Assembly: GCA_032718475.1 (NCBI GenBank)
Contig: JAUCBJ010006137.1
Location: forward strand, 1 to 33,696
Length of the DNA: 33,696 nt
Direction: 5' to 3'
Source of the DNA: Nemertoderma westbladi
Lineage: Eukaryota; Animalia; Xenacoelomorpha
The notes under the pieces are model-generated. The model was not told the DNA's origin and did not search any database. It worked only from the letters and a program-made list of their open reading frames with translations. Within the stretch, counting starts at the first letter, position 1, and every line of letters starts with the position of its first letter. The position numbers and the translations under genes are program-made. This document shows, piece by piece, positions 20,918 through 31,715 of the stretch.

Positions 20918-21577
20918 TTAGTTAGGTTGTGGTGTCATCCGGAGGTAGTGCTTTCCAGAAGGTACCGCTACCACTTCCACCCCCTTCGGGAACAACCCAC
21001 TCAACTGGTCCTCGGTCACGCTCGGAACCACCATACACTTATCTCCCTGTCGCCAGTCTACCGGGGTGGCCACTTTGTAACCGGCAGTCAGCTGTAGCGA
21101 GTCGATGACACGTATAATTTCGTCGAAGTTTCGCCCCGTGGTTGCGGGATACAGAAGCGATAATTTGAGACGCTTGTCGGGCCCCACTATGAACACAGCT
21201 CGGCAGGTTAGCGGGATACCTTGTTTGTCCTTCTCATCCGGGTCCAGCATACCGAGAGCGACCGCCAGCTCGCGCTTTTCGTCGGCGATAATCGGGTAAT
21301 CCACCGCACATTTGGGACCGAACTCGGCGATATCTCCGATCCAGTTGTTGTGATCCTTGACAGAGTCGCAACTCAACGCGATCACTTTCACCCCGCGTTT
21401 TTTGAATTCGCCGTTAAGCGCAGCCAGGCGGGACAATTCTGTGGTGCAAACCGGTGTGAAATCGGCGGGATGGGAACAGAGAACGCCCCAGGAATCGCCC
21501 AGCCACGAATGGAATTTTATCTCTCCCTGTGAAGTTTGAGCCGTAAAGTTGGGAAATTCTTCGCCAAGCTGAGGCAT
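20918..21577 (-). CDS. PRDX6: Peroxiredoxin-6 (1-Cys peroxiredoxin), 219 aa, intronless CDS
   Basis: MPQLGEEFPNF start (ATG at 21577, A at -3; the longer track start is a GTG); SHPADFTPVCTTE peroxidatic motif; GDSWG motif; LYPATTGRNFDEI; animal-type C-terminus SGKHYLRMTPQP. Confidence 0.96.
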   Translation of the reverse strand: MPQLGEEFPNFTAQTSQGEIKFHSWLGDSWGVLCSHPADFTPVCTTELSRLAALNGEFKKRGVKVIALSCDSVKDHNNWIGDIAEFGPKCAVDYPIIADEKRELAVALGMLDPDEKDKQGIPLTCRAVFIVGPDKRLKLSLLYPATTGRNFDEIIRVIDSLQLTAGYKVATPVDWRQGDKCMVVPSVTEDQLSGLFPKGVEVVAVPSGKHYLRMTPQPN

Positions 21578-21811
21578 CTTTTGGTTTGAAAGAAATAACG
21601 CTGACTTTACAGCTTTATGCACTAAATCCGTAAAATAGGGCCTACCGAAATATGAAATACTGAAATATAGCAGAGTTTTAGTACCGGTAGGCTGGTAGGC
21701 CTACTGTAGTACAGTAGTGGACAGACTTGCAGTCTAAGTTAAATGCTGAAAACTTTAGGAAAAGGATGGGAAATTTGGAACAGGAAACCTTTTTGTGTTT
21801 CTGATTTCGGT

Positions 21812-22311
21812 ACTAGTGTGTTATATAGCTACACCCCCCTCAAAATTTTTATTACTAGCTAGTTTTTGCTATTTCTTTTTTTTGAAATGTTCTAGAACAT
21901 GAAATACATTTGAAAAAAAATAATAAAATGTTCTAGAACAAATATTTTTTGTTCTAGAACAAAAAATTAAAAAATCATACAAATTTTATTTTTTGTTACA
22001 CTAGTGCCGCCACGCCAAACTCCACATTCTAAGGCGAAACATAGGTATCAAGAGGTCAACTTTCGCCCAACAGCTAGCAGAGTTTAGGTGGAAGATGTTA
22101 CACAAAGAAAATCCATTTTCTGATCTATTGCATTTGATTAGAAAATATTACCCGCTGCGCGACGTCTGCTAAATAATAAATATTACACAGTATGTATTCT
22201 AAGCATTAATCATTAATTTATCCTGTAACTATCATTAATTTCTGAATATAATGACCTCAATACAGTGAATTTTTAATTTTAATTAGCTATTAAAAAAATA
22301 CTAGCTAACCC

Positions 22312-22346
<35 letters not shown>

Positions 22347-22692
22347 TCTTGCCAGCAACGATTAAAAATTATATGAAACAAATTCTAAATAAAATTAAAA
22401 AAAAAATTTCATTTTTTTTGAACTGTTCTAGAACAAAAACTATTTGTTCTAGAACTTTTTTTTTTCTAGTTCTGAATAGCTAACATGTTCTAGAACATTA
22501 TTAAAAAAGAAAATTAATAGTACATTAATTTTTTTAAATATTGTTCTAGAACAAAAAATATTTGTTCTAGAACATTTTATTATTTTTTTTTAAATGTATT
22601 TCATGTTCTAGAACATTTCAAAAAAAAGAAATAGCAAAAACTAGCTAGTAATAAAAATTTGGGGGGGGGGGGTGTAGCTATAACACACTAGT
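21812..22692. mobile_element. MITE with ~150-bp TIRs, nine GTTCTAGAAC palindromes and an internal transposase fragment
   Basis: 21812-21961 is the near-perfect reverse complement of ~22542-22692; ACTAGT at both ends (TA or CTAG target duplication). Confidence 0.88.
22005..22172 (+). pseudogene. Merlin/IS1595-like transposase C-terminal fragment
   Basis: Manual translation CRHAKLHILRRNIGIKRSTFAQQLAEFRWKMLHKENPFSDLLHLIRKYYPLRDVC* resembles the recalled W.xAK...G....F...L.EF.W...PF..LL..I...YP tail. Confidence 0.65.
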
Positions 22693-23413
22693 TAGTGCCT
22701 TCTGTTTCTCAACGAAATTCAGATATTGTTACATATTTGGAATCCTTGCAACGCAAGCTTTTTAATGATATGAAAAAATTACGACTAATGTGAAGAATGG
22801 CTACGATACAGAGGGTGCGATTTCGCAAAAGACACTTTTTAAAAACGCTTATAAAAAAAAAATTTATAGGCAAAATCGAAAATTCCGGCTTCATAGGGTC
22901 ATCGACAGTGAGTGGAACTAGTTGTGTTTCAAATTTCAAGCAATGTCCGGCAATGTCCTACTGTAGTTTCCAGTCCTGGTATAAATAACATTCTAGAAAA
23001 TAAAGTCCATGGATAAGCTCACTTACCTTCATGGCTCGCCCCACACAACAAATACGCCAAATAAGAACCAAAATAATGGTTAACACTCCTCAAGTTACGT
23101 AAATACAAACGATATAACTATAGTAAACTATATCTCAACTACTGTAGTTAGGTACTAACTACTCAACTAACTAGTTGAGATAGTTACACTATCTCAACCT
23201 GTGTCAGTCCTTCCGCGGGACTGTCGGACAGTATATGTATATATATATATATATAGTATATATATAGCCTGGTGGTCTAATCTTTGAAAGCTTATTTCGC
23301 AGGAACTCTACTTTTTTACATCAAAACTTTGTAGGACTGATCTATGGAAAAAGTTTAGCCGCTACGGCCGCTAGGGGCCATAGGTCTTAACAATAAATAA
23401 ATGTCCTCCCATG

Positions 23414-24566
23414 GGATCTAGGACACTTCCCCCCCGGACACTTCCCCCCCGGACACTCCCCCCCGCCCAAGTAGGACACTTCCCCCCCGGACACTTCCCC
23501 CCCGGACACTTGCCCCCCGGACACTTCCCCCCCAGTTAAAGTGTTAAAATTAATATGGGTGCATCAAAGCAATAAACAAAAGTTAAAGATGGTTACAGGA
23601 CAAGTTGTATCTAGACAAGTTTTTTCAAAATTATAAAAGAAACATTTTTATAGTCAAATTTTGTTTGTTTTTCTTTTAATTCCTTTAATTCTTTTAATTT
23701 CTTTTAATTGGGGGCTGCCGCCCCCAAACCCCCGCTTCTTTTCTTGGGGGCTACCGCCCCCAAACCCCCGCTTCTTTTCTTGGGGCTGCCGCCCCCAAAC
23801 CCCCGCTTCTTTTCTTGGGGGTTATCGCCCCCAGACCCCGGCATTTCCCTGAGTGCCCGTGGTGAAAGACTTAAGACCACTTTGAAATAATTAATTCATG
23901 TTTGTATCATCAGATAATAAATTGACTAAGCCTAAAGTAGGAGCTGTATTGAATGTTAACCAATTTAATATATAAATTACTACAATATTATATAATTCAA
24001 CAAAATCCTATTAAAAATATTGCAAGTAACCAGGAAATTTAATATGTAGTGTGTATAATATCTATATAGTATGTATAGTAGTAATATGTATATCAATATG
24101 TAATGCTGAACACATGTCTTGAAGAAGACTATTACGTAATAATACCTATATTTAAAACAATTAATTATTATAATTCTATAGTTAATAAAAGCAGTATATC
24201 ATCATTCCGGGGATGGAATTTATAGGTCATCTAATATAATTAATTGTTTAAAGATTAGCAAACAATACGATGTAATTGCATTGATAAAACCCATAAATAA
24301 AACTTGGATATAAAATGTAAAATCGGGATGCAAAAGATAACTTTCTGAGCTACGAAAGGAAAATTGGATACAACTTATCTGGATACAAACGGTCCATTTA
24401 CCTTACAAAATGAAAAATACGAATGTGCGAAGTTAAGATCGTCGTGGGGGAAGTGTCCGCGGGGGGGAAGTGTCTGGGGGGGAAGTGTCCGGGGGGGAAG
24501 TGTCCTACTTGAGCGGGGGGGAACTGTCCGGGGGGGAAGTGTCCGGGGGGGAAGTGTCCGAACACC
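23414..24566. mobile_element. Non-autonomous TIR element with GG termini, tandem GGACACTTCCCCCC units in its TIRs and an 8-bp TSD (Merlin- or MULE-like)
   Basis: TSD CTCCCATG at 23406-23413 and 24567-24574; left end GGATCTAGGACACTTCC versus right end (reverse complement) GGTGTTCGGACACTTCC. Confidence 0.9.
23708..23845. repeat. ~36-bp tandem repeat x4 (TGGGGGCTGCCGCCCCCAAACCCCCGCTTCTTTTCT) inside the TIR element
   Basis: Read directly. Confidence 0.9.
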
Positions 24567-25692
24567 CTCCCATGACAATAACTTTTAATCCGCTCAGGCT
24601 TAAACTTGGCAGATAGTACTAGACCATTGTGTCTTTCAAGGGAGGGGAATCAGCCTACAGTAAGCCTACACCCCTGCCACTACATGGCCATAAATGTCTG
24701 ATAGGGAAATCCTTCTCATTTTGTCATTTATAATCAGTTAAAGCTGTATCCTGGCATATATGTAATGTATATGTAATGTAATAGACCACATGCTGTTCAT
24801 TTGTGAGGTGATCGGTTTGCAGTTACCCAGTCTGCGGCATATATCTTAGACAACATGCTGCGTCTTTGTGAGAAAGTTCATTATTTCGAGGTCACAGTTA
24901 CAGTCTGCCGCTGGAGGGCTAGATCACTGATTGAGAGTGAAAACCTGCCACTGTTTCCTTGATTCTGTTTCCTTGATTGCAGCAATTTATCAATTATTAT
25001 ATAGTTTCTGAATAATAAAGAGAATGGCAGCGATTTGATGAGCGATATTCGAAAAATTTCCATATATCAACATTATGAAACGCAAATTAAATTCACACAA
25101 ATACAATTTGATCTCCCTGCTTGTGTCGAAAAACCAGTAAACTAGAATCACAATAGCTGAATAACATTTCACTAATTGTCAATTGGAGTTACTTACATTA
25201 ATTATATCGTTAATTGTTCTATCTGCTAGAGTTCAGGTTAGTTTAAGTCAAACAGTACATCATTTATATATCGTCTTTATATTGTCATTTATTCATCGTT
25301 CTAATAATACATATACTGTCCTCAAATCAGGCTAAGCTCTAATTAAATGTAAAGTAAAGGTACTTAGTAGGTTTTGTATATCGGGACGTTTACAATACAG
25401 CTGTCGATTAAACTAACAAAACCAGAAAACTGAACTAGGATGCCGCCGGGTACCAACATTTGAATAGGTTACTGTGTTAACACCCCAACGCAGACAGTGA
25501 AGTGACTCTAATTAGGCTTCAATATGCGGGAAACACTCAAATATTACCAGGCACGTAGGACGGCGACGTAGGCCCCTACTGTAAACAAGTTTTTGAATAA
25601 TACTGCACATAATATTTATATAAACATATATACCGTATACTTTTTATAAAAATCCGGTTAAAAATGTCAAACTCGAATCAGTTGTAGCTTAA

Positions 25693-26748
25693 CCCTATTT
25701 GGCCGGGGGGGGGGGGGGGGGGGTTCATTTTATAATTTTTTTGTAATTCATCTGTTATCTTTGAGTCAGGTTTGTTGGGAAAACCGAGAATTCGTGACTT
25801 TTCCTACAAATTTAATGAGCTATCCAACAGAGCAAACGCCATTTACATGGCTATGTTAGTTTTCGTGCTGTGGTCCCTTTCTGCACCGCACCCATCTCCA
25901 GTATTTTCGTGCTAAAATTTTCAAAAGTTTTTATCGCTCCTAAAATTAATTTATTTGCGGTATAGTAGCGGTTTTTTGGATGCTGGAACGATTAGAACTC
26001 AAATCTAACATTCGTGAAATTTTTCGGTAATTTTGAATGTCCCCCGGGGCACGAAAAAAACAAAGCTAGTAGTGCAAATATGATAATGAAAAATCACCAC
26101 AAAATCAAATTGATTTTATGACCATGTGGGTTTTTGGGATGCTGATCACGAATATGACACTGAAATATATCGTACCACATTGTTGATTATGGCATTTTTG
26201 GATATGTATCGAATGAGCGGCACGAAAAATACAAGTACTGTACAGGCTTAACACAAATTTGATAGTCAAGCATCATTACCAAATCAACCTCATGTTAAGA
26301 CATTAGGGTTTCTGAGACGCTGATCACTAATAAGACACTCAAAAATATCGCATTATCCAACCAAATTCCATTTTTGCTATTTGAAATTTTATGTTACTTG
26401 TTTCGTCCCACCAGAAAAGCACAAAAACAATACTTGCGTTACCACGAATGATTTTTAACGAGTTGTATCGTGATCAGCGACCTTGAAAACCAGTACTAGT
26501 CTTCAGAATTACCAAACCAAAGGCAAAATTTAACAATTTAAATTTTTTGCTACTTGTACTTTTTATTCGGTCTGGGGCACCAGAATGGCACCAAAATTAG
26601 GTTTGCATTACCAGAAATATTTATAACTAGTTTCATCGTGATCAGCGACCTCGAAAACACATACCATCAAAATTGTAATTTTTGAGCCAAGATCTAAAAA
26701 ATTTATAAAATGAACCCCCCCCCCCCCCCCCCCCCTCCCCCAGAGCCA
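25693..26748. mobile_element. piggyBac-like non-autonomous element, right end degenerate
   Basis: TTAA|CCCTATTTGGCC-G(n)-TTCATTTTATAA on the left; inverted TTATAAAATGAA-C(n) on the right; internal GCTGATCACG motifs in both orientations; no right TTAA found. Confidence 0.6.
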
Positions 26749-27237
26749 ATTGCGTTGTAAAATAGCCCGTGTCAAAAGGTGTTTCCTTGAACTAAAACTG
26801 TTAAGTTGGGCAGTAAACGTGTTTGTATGTGTCATTGATTCATTACTTTATTTAAGATTATTTTATAACATCAATTTAACGTTGCTATGCTGAGTCGATC
26901 AGTAATTTCATTGGATTAAATTTATATCGGTGTGTTATACTGTATTGTTAATACATACATCAACAATAAATAAATATGTATAATACAGTATATCAATAAA
27001 TAATTAATTACCCAACTGTACAGTTTAGTTTGCTCCGCCCCTCTGCCAATCCTATAGCAGTTCACCCGCTCCACGTGACCAAATGTATGCACTAAAGTTT
27101 ATTTGAGTGACATCAATTAATTATAATTACCGTACAGATAGACTTATGGCGCCATTGACAGGGGGGACGTCAAGCGCGTTTTATTATTATTATTGCCTCC
27201 TACTCCTGACCAATAAAAGATACATGAATAATACAAA

Positions 27238-29727
27238 TGCACTCTAAAGGGTCTGTAACGTCCAACCCATATAGAGAAGCACACGGAGAGAAACACACAG
27301 GGAGAAGTGCGACCCTGATTGGCTAGAACAGTGTGACGTTGATTGGCTGACAGTACAGTAAGTTACGTGTACGAATTCGTAGGCCTGGGCCAAGGACTAC
27401 TCTACTACAGGACTGGCAGAGCTAAAAGTAAGCCCCCGCTAGCGGGGTCCATTCAGTTTTCATACTAGACCGGCTTTAAATGTAAAACAAAATAGTCCAT
27501 TACAGGGTTTTCGGGGTCGAGAAATCCATTTCCGACATTTTCATGGTCATATAACTTCGTTCTATGGCCATGGTAACGGGGTAACGGGGTAATTTTTTAC
27601 GATATTTGATTCCCCATATTATTGTGGCTATAAATAAGGGAAAACCATTCACTATAGGTTTTCGAGGGCGGAGATTCAAGTTTTGTTGAGTCAATAACTG
27701 ATGTGCAGTAAATTGCCAGAGCTACATGGCGGCCGATATTTTCTAACCAAAACAATAAACGGAAGCTGGAAATTCAGGAATACATCTGACAATGTTCATA
27801 CGGCACATTGGTACCGGTAGACTGGGGTGTCTTCCGTAAGCTGGTCAGTCTGTTGGCGGCACCGCTGACTGACACATAAGGAATCCGCATGCGGATGCAT
27901 CATCGACCAATCAAAATTGCAAATCACCCCCTTCTATTTCCTTAGAAATTGATTGGAGCCCTCCTTCCTCATTATGGCTTTTTAGTCTTACTCTTAAGAT
28001 GTGGTTTTCAAGCAATGTTAGATTTTGAATAGTAATTTGGATCTTTCTATTGGCCTGTTTAGTAATGCTTTAAAATATTGGGTGTTATTCAGACTGAATG
28101 TTAAAAGGTTTAGATATTTTAGTGTCTGGATTAGTATGCTATAAATCAAATAGTTATCTGTTGTTAATCTTAACACTCTACCTATGAAGCCTAGACATGG
28201 TTCTTCCATCACCATGGGTAAATGGATAATGATTTAATTAATTGGTATCATTATTCTTGCATCACAGGGGCCAGGGGGACTTCATGTATAGTATAAAATG
28301 TGTTTATGGAAAGTTTCAATTTGACAACTAACACTATAGTATACTGTAGTTGACGTCACCGCGGGCCACGCCAAGGTCGCCTTGGCCAAGCCTTTCCAGT
28401 AATCTAATTGATATAGCAGTCTTAATTCACCGAGACAAGATAGTAATTTGCCGAGATGGGATCTGCGTCAAGTTTCCGCCTCTGCATTTTAAATATTATT
28501 TATTTGTTATGTGGTGTAATCCGTCACAAAAAATGACAATCATTTTAAGCAATTAAAAGTAGCGGCATTGAAATAAAAAAAAAATGGAATGGATCGATAA
28601 GTTATGATTTTTTCCCTAAGGTGAGTAACTCCAAGGCCAGCAGAGCCAATAGACAACTGGCAGCGGCAGGTGGGTGGAGGGAGGTTGAGGTGGGGGGGGG
28701 GGGGGGGGGGGGGGGGTGCCTTAGAGTAAAACAGTCAGTAAAATAGTCTAACATTGCTTGAACCACAAAACCACAAATTTTGAGAGTAAGACTAAACAAG
28801 CAAATAGGGGGGCTCCAATTTCTAAGGAAATAGATTAGGATATAGGATGATTAGCAATTTGATTGGTCGATGATGCATCCGCATGCGGTTTCCTTATGTG
28901 TCAGTCACCGCTGTCACCTGTCTGCCCATTATATCTGTAGGCAGTACAGCAGTGGGCCTATATCATATGGCGACATAACAACACCGGTTATTGTTTTGGT
29001 TAGAAAATGCTGTCTCTGTAACCTGCTCCTTTCTCTCACTTGGTAACAACATCGTTTATTGTTTTGGTTAGAAAAGCCGTCTCTGTAACCTGCTCCTTTC
29101 CCTCAATTTGTTCCAACATCGTTTATTGTTTTGGTTAGAAAAACCCGTCTCTGCAACCTGCTCCTTTCCCTCAATGAGTAACAACATCGTTTATTGTTTT
29201 GGTTAGAAAAAACCGTCTCTGTAAACTGCTCCTTTCCCTCAATTGGTAACTAAAAAATGGTTTTACTAACATGAATCATTTTCTGTGATGGGGGGAGGGG
29301 GGGGGGGGGGTAACAGATTTTGAACTTGTATTAAATTGGTTCCGAGATTAATTATTCTGCCATGGTTCTATTTCGATCGGGTTTCCGTTTGTTTATTCAC
29401 AGTAAAATTCCATACCAAATAAATGCCAATACGACTACACTATTTAGGCTTAGTTCGTAGGGCTATATTTAAAGATTAATACAAATAATTCATATTCAAT
29501 AAACATAAATAAAGAGGTTTTTAAAAATTACACAGTAAAATAAGGATATAATAGTAGGCCTAATAGGCCTAAAATCAATTCGGAATGTATCGCGATATAG
29601 CGTCTACTAATTTCCTGACAGCACCGTAACCTGACAGTACTGTCAGCCACTCAGCGTCGCACTTCTCCCTGTTTCGCTCCGTGTGCTTCTCTGTATGGTT
29701 GGACGTTTACAGACCCTTCACAATGCA
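27238..29727. mobile_element. 2.5-kb nested imperfect inverted repeat (long-TIR foldback or two inverted copies)
   Basis: Mirrored blocks: 27238-27358/29633-29727, 27740-27762/28989-29210, 27862-28026/28740-28910. Confidence 0.8.
28977..29250. repeat. 67-68-bp tandem repeat x4 in the right arm of the inverted repeat
   Basis: The GGT of TTGGTTAGAAA falls at 28998, 29066, 29133 and 29201. Confidence 0.92.
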
Positions 29728-30030
29728 CTGAGTAAAATAATATGAAAATAAATCATAAGGGGGGGGGGGGGCGGGGGGGGGGGGGCAGAGAAGACCGTCT
29801 AGGCATAAAATCAGTTAAGAGAAAGTCTGAAATATCTTTAGTTACAAAAATATCCTTATTGAAATCTAATTGAAATAAAAATAAATATAAGTAAAATTGT
29901 AATTAAATTGTATGTACACTATAAAAGTAGGCCTACTGCATTCGAGTTTGATAACAGCTGAAATTAAAAATAAAAATTTAAATATATCTGTCGAAGTTGC
30001 ACCATTGTAGTGTAAGTTTATTTTTCGAAT

Positions 30031-30294
30031 AAAGTAAAGTAAAGTAAATTTTCTTCGGCCGCTAGGCCAGGGATTACGCACAATTTCCAGTGCGGTCCCC
30101 CCAGAACTTTACTCCCCAGAGGAAACTCTAGTACTAATTTAGCTACCACTTAAGGATGCAAGGCAGAGATGCGCCCTGGCTGGTCCCTTTAAAGCATTCG
30201 TGCCGAAACGAAAACTGCCTTGGCTCATGTGAGGATCGAACCCACGACCTACAGGAGATGTGAATTAGATGCAACCACTACACCAAGGTCGAAC
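30031..30294 (-). mobile_element. tRNA-derived SINE, copy 2, with (TTTAC)n tail
   Basis: Minus strand: TGGTGTAGTGG A-box, GGTTCGATCC B-box, head homologous to 528-615, CTAGCGGC motif, TTTAC tail repeats. Confidence 0.85.
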
Positions 30295-30599
30295 TTACAG
30301 TAGGGTTAAAAGATTATAATGTCCTGAGAGGCGATGAGCAAATAGTTATCTGTTAATGTCTTATGTTAACTTAACATTGAACACTAACGTAGGGTTTTAT
30401 CAGAGAACGCAAATTAGGCGAGCAATATTATTTTATGTTATGTTATGTCATTTATATTATTATGTTATGTTATTTTAGTTCGCTGTTAATATGTGATAGG
30501 CCTACCTATGGTAAGGAGACCACAGGTGTGCAATTCTCAGGTTAAGTATCACCACTCCCATCTGGTATGCGAACCATTCAGATAAGCCACTGTGGATAC

Positions 30600-31715
30600 G
30601 ATGTCTATCGTCCGGAAGGATCAGGTCAAGGTTGTGAAGACTTTAACAGCGGTGTCAGAGAAAAAAATAAGAAACATATAATAAACTGCCACCACACCAA
30701 CAGCAACTTTGCGACTTGGTCTGCGTAAAGGGGGCGTCCACCTGGCTAAACAGTAGGCCGCTAACACTGCAAGATACTCACCTCGGCAAGGAAGAGTTCC
30801 GCGATTCACTGTGTCTCCGTTACGGGTTACGGATGAACCCCGCGTAATATACCATCTCGTTGTGCCTGTGGAGCGCAATTTTCGTCGTCCCATGTACTGT
30901 CATGCCCCACGGGGGGTTTCCCCTCCATACGGCACAACGAGATACGCGATTTCGTAGCCGACACATTAACGGAGGTGGCATACAATGTCGGGGTGGAGCC
31001 CATGCTTCAGCCTTTAACATGCGAGTCATTCGGCCATCGGTCGACGTCTACGGACCAGGAGGCAAGGCTGGATGTCTCGGTGTGTGGTTTCTGATGCAAC
31101 CGCTTCCAGAGGACGTACATCGACGTATCCGTGTTCAATCCACTGGCCGACACCAATGCCGCAAAGTCTCTTCCAGCAGCCCACCTGCATCACGAGTCCA
31201 GGAAGAGGCTTAAGTACGTAGAACGGCTGCGGGAAGTGGAGCACTCCAGCTTCACCCCCCTGATTTTTTCGGCGTTCGGTGGAACCTCACCGTCGGCAGC
31301 GCAGTTCCTAAAGCGCCTCGTGCTGAAGTTGGCCAACAAACACGATGTCCCGTACGCTGAGTGTGAGGTGTGGGTTCGCCGCCGCATAGCTTCGCGCTAC
31401 TTCGGTCCGCTCTCCTATGTCTGCGTGGATGCCGGTCAGCCAAGCGACGGCCATTTCGGTGCGACATAGACTCCATTGTCCCAGCAATGTAGACAGCAAT
31501 ACGGTGTAGTACCGGTACAACAGTTGTAGCTATGTAAATCTGGAAGGTTTTTTGTATTTCCCACGTTTTTTAAAATATGTGTTTAAAATTATGTACAGTT
31601 GCTAAGCTACATCATCTGGTGGTGGATTGTAGGTATATTGTGTTTCTATTTTTAATAATATGCTGATTTATGTCATATTTATAAATATAATAATGGAGAT
31701 TTGACTAAAAAAAAA
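30600..31715 (+). mobile_element. 5'-truncated CRE-clade (RLE-type) non-LTR retrotransposon with short poly(A) tail
   Basis: Manual translation KGASTWL...EFRDSLCLRYG, CACG...H..SCPTGGFPSIRHNEIRD (zinc knuckle and RHN), ARLDVS, IDVSVFNP, ESRKRLKY, FTPLIFSAFGG; A-run at 31707-31715. The 5' boundary is approximate. Confidence 0.82.

Noticed and set aside
21105-21539. Antisense ORFs over PRDX6
   Set aside because: Shadow frames of a GC-rich coding sequence with no recognisable motifs.
20918-21577. Bacterial origin or contamination for the intronless, GC-richer peroxiredoxin
   Set aside because: The protein looks like animal PRDX6, has a Kozak-like start and AATAAA, and is flanked by animal-type transposons; phylogeny not run.
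30621-31520. Several short overlapping ORFs as independent genes
   Set aside because: Explained by the broken CRE-type ORF and its shadow frames.
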